A DNA stretch of 64,000 nt from Patellaria atrata CBS 101060 (Eukaryota): the NCBI GenBank assembly GCA_010093705.1, contig MU006096.1, forward strand, positions 332,004 to 396,003, written 5' to 3'. Positions within the stretch are counted from its first letter, which is position 1. Each line of letters starts with the position of its first letter. Both the position numbers and the translations under genes were made by a program. The notes below the pieces were generated by a model. It did not search any database. It was given only the letters and a program-made list of their open reading frames with translations, and was not told where the DNA came from. This document shows, one piece after another, positions 61,209-64,000 of the stretch.

Positions 61209-62013
61209 TTATGATGCCTCTTCTATCGCCGTGTTAAGGGATATTGGTTGATATCATTTCCTGCCTTCCAACGTTCATTGAGTTGGGACATCGATACCAT
61301 AATTCTCCTTGATTCTCTCTGCTCTCCTCTCACGATAACCCGGTGCATATATTCCTAAAAATCATTAGGATTCGAACAATATGGGGGCAAGGGGATGTCC
61401 TCACCTCGTCCCTCTCCAAGTTCTGATATCGTCTCTTCAATTGGCCGCCTTCGGTTCTTCCTTAGGAACTCTTTCCGGGATACCTCATCAACAGTGGAGT
61501 CTCTCGTATAGCCCGTAATACTGTTTCCCGTGTAGTCGAAAACACCTAGAATAACAGCTAGAGCAGTCCCGTAACCAAGAACTGATCCAAAGGTGCGCCC
61601 TGCATATGCTATCAGCAGGTTGCCTTTTCCCATCCAATTAGGAGCTCCTACCTTTAGCAAATCCGATCATTGAACCTCCAAAGAAACCACCGATCGCGGG
61701 ATTCCAGCTGTCATCTTTCTCTCTCAGGTTTGCAGCAGCCATCTTTGCGAACTCGTATGACCCGCCCATCGCAGCTGCATTTCGTCAGTGGTCAGATCCG
61801 GGGACTTATCGGCCATCAGGTATTACCAAAGACTCCAATTGTTCCCCCGGTTCTTGTGAATATGCCCATAGCCCCAACATTCTGCTTCGTCAGGGTATTC
61901 TGTACTGCGGAAATGAAGCCACCAAAGGTTGCAGTGATCATAGTTGTCTGTATGGTCGACTTGATGGCATCTTTTGGCTTATAATGCTTTTGCTGCTCTT
62001 GATCGGAAGACAT
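61209..62013 (-). CDS. Complex I accessory subunit NDUFA11 / 21.3 kDa (Tim17/22/23 family), 4 exons
   Basis: Motifs HYKPKDAIK, SAVQNTLTKQNVGAMGIFTRTG, AANLREKDDSWN, FDYTG and RRRPIEETISELGEGRGIYAPGY. Confidence 0.9.
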
Positions 62014-62629
62014 CGTGACGGTTTGAGCTGGTGCAGCTCGCGGAGTGGGGATGTTGGGTCTTGAAGGCTTCGAGGGTGGTGAATATAGACGTTTGGCTCA
62101 GGATGGATCTGGCGTTGTGCTTTGCGGCTCTGTCTAATCCCCGATTGGCGCGACCTGGGAAGGCGCGGCCATGGGGCGTGGCTTTCGTAGGGGCTTGGCG
62201 ATCTACCCCAGTGACAGAGGTCGAGAAAAGTCACAGACGCCAGTTTCCCTAGGCACAGCGTGATACGTACGCATCTCATCGCCTCTCTACCTTTTTACTT
62301 TTCACTTCGCTCAAATGTAGACTCGTTTTGTTGCCTCCAACATCGTACATGAGTTTTTCCCGTCTGAAGTACGACTATCATAACTCCCTGTGCTTTCACC
62401 CGGAGAGATGCGCTGCTCTCGTCCATAAACACCTCACAAACACAGGCCGTTCTTTCTACCTGTGAACCCGCAGCTCTCCATTGATACCTCCAAGCTCGTA
62501 GAACAAAACGAACGGTCACGCCCAGCTTGGTGCACTATTCACTTCAAACGTATCCTTCCCACACCCCCTCGTCCACGGTTCCCGGCATTTGCAAACAACT
62601 GATCACATTGTTGGTACATCTCATGAGAT

Positions 62630-64000
62630 ATGGCGCTGAGTGATGATTCATTCCCGGGTATTCAGTGTTCCATCACGTTAAGCTTATCCTTAACGCGTGT
62701 GAGGATGTAGTCTGACGTTTGAGTTTTGACAGGCAAAACCGCTCCACGAATACTCGAAGACCTGTACAGTTATGATCCTCGCAGACAGCTTCCAGGTGGT
62801 CGCAACATCCTAGCCGAACCTCCTCCTTTATTTGATAAAAGTGCGCCCCCAATACGCGCGGTTCCGAAAGGCTCTTGTCGACATGTCTATATGGCAAAGT
62901 ACTCTCAGTCCGTCCTACCGGACCACGATATCCAAGCAAACTCGCAGACGAAGTACAAGGTGGCTGCATTCTGTCAGGAATGCCTCTCTCACGTGGACCT
63001 AACAGTAGATTATGGCCGGTCCGGTTGGCCTTTCGCCCCTTGTCCGAATACTAAATTTCCTCTACACCATTTTCTTCGAGTAGAGGCTGGCGGACAGAAT
63101 GGATCATCGTCGACGCCCGAGTTAGATGAGAATGGTACAACGTATCACTTCGTCTGTTCCGCAGAGACATGTCCGGTTGGACTGAACATACGGCTGCGAC
63201 GCAGAAGATTCAAACTCCATCATGAGGATCTTTTAACCAATCCGGTAAAACTAAAAGCCAGACTGCAGGCCGCAAAGAAACTGGACCCTCACCGCGAGGA
63301 CCTCAGAGCTGCTGAACCTCACGAGGGATTGGTTATCCTTGCTACATATTTGCTGGATTCTTTGGAACCAGCGAAAAGCAAACTGCGAATTCCCTTACTT
63401 AACCGAAAATTTCTGCAGACTTTCGGACAGGATTGCGATGAGATGTTCACGGAGCTTGGCTTCGAACGTGAAGTTGCAAGTGATAATAATAATGCAGTCT
63501 ATTGGCATCTGCCCAAAATGACGGAGGGGAGAGATCTGTTTGACCCGAAATCAGCTCGAAGTTTCGTGGAGGATATGAGGGAAGAACTACTGACGCTTGC
63601 GCATCGGAAAGTTAATGGGCCATTGCTGACGAGAAATGCCGTATGGCAACCAGAATTAGCCTTGAAAGACTTCCAACGCTGTCTTGGATGCGTCGAGTAC
63701 AAGAAAGCTCCAATTTCGCGCAGGACTCAGGATCCTTATATAGAAGACCACCCTTACTATGCTAGTTTAGGAGCAGTGAGCGATTTCGCGGATGATCTAC
63801 TCCTTTTTGCGTATGATAGACAAGTGAAGACTGACCCACGCAACTCTCCATACTACTTTGATTGCCTTGGAGGCATTGCAAAAGGACGAGAAAGTGAGGA
63901 CCTTGAATTGAAAGTCGCAACTCTCGCATCTAGCGGTCAGATCGGCCGCGAGGAAGTATTGAAAGCTTTTGCATACTTGGCGATAGACTCTAAGCATAAC
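62630..64000 (+). CDS. UBP2: Ubiquitin C-terminal hydrolase 2 (UBP2-like), N-terminal part; runs off the window
   Basis: Exon 1 MALSDDSFP, intron 62658-62732, then GKTAPRILEDL, CQECLSH, FPLHHF, HPYYASLGAVSDFADDLLLFAYDRQ and PYYFDCL. The catalytic domain lies outside the window. Confidence 0.8.

Overview
This is a gene-dense eukaryotic window from a filamentous ascomycete (Pezizomycotina-like gene set, short GT-AG introns with CTRAC/CTAAT branch points). It holds about 23 protein-coding genes, mostly housekeeping. Recognised genes: a GTPBP1/2-like translational GTPase (runs off the left end), a C2H2 zinc-finger protein, cystathionine gamma-synthase, UTP22, TAF1, TGS1, GRH1, histone H1, a GH43 xylosidase, MSS4, MTQ2, SDH7, a group II PLP decarboxylase, folliculin/LST7, HPC2, RBA50, tubulin cofactor C, a complex I NDUFA11-like subunit and UBP2 (runs off the right end). 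Four more ORFs are uncharacterised. I found no supportable rRNA, tRNA, CRISPR array or intact transposon, and no clear multi-gene novel system. The best leads are: a small Cys/His-rich protein ending in a CaaX box; an orphan ORF ending in a PTS1 (SKL); an 18-bp minisatellite with higher-order structure and RIP-like decayed edge units; an E-box triplet upstream of the PLP decarboxylase; XlnR and CreA sites at the GH43 gene; an AT-rich RIP-like island; and recurrent C-rich to G-rich skew flips inside genes. Exon boundaries were inferred by eye and need RNA-seq confirmation.
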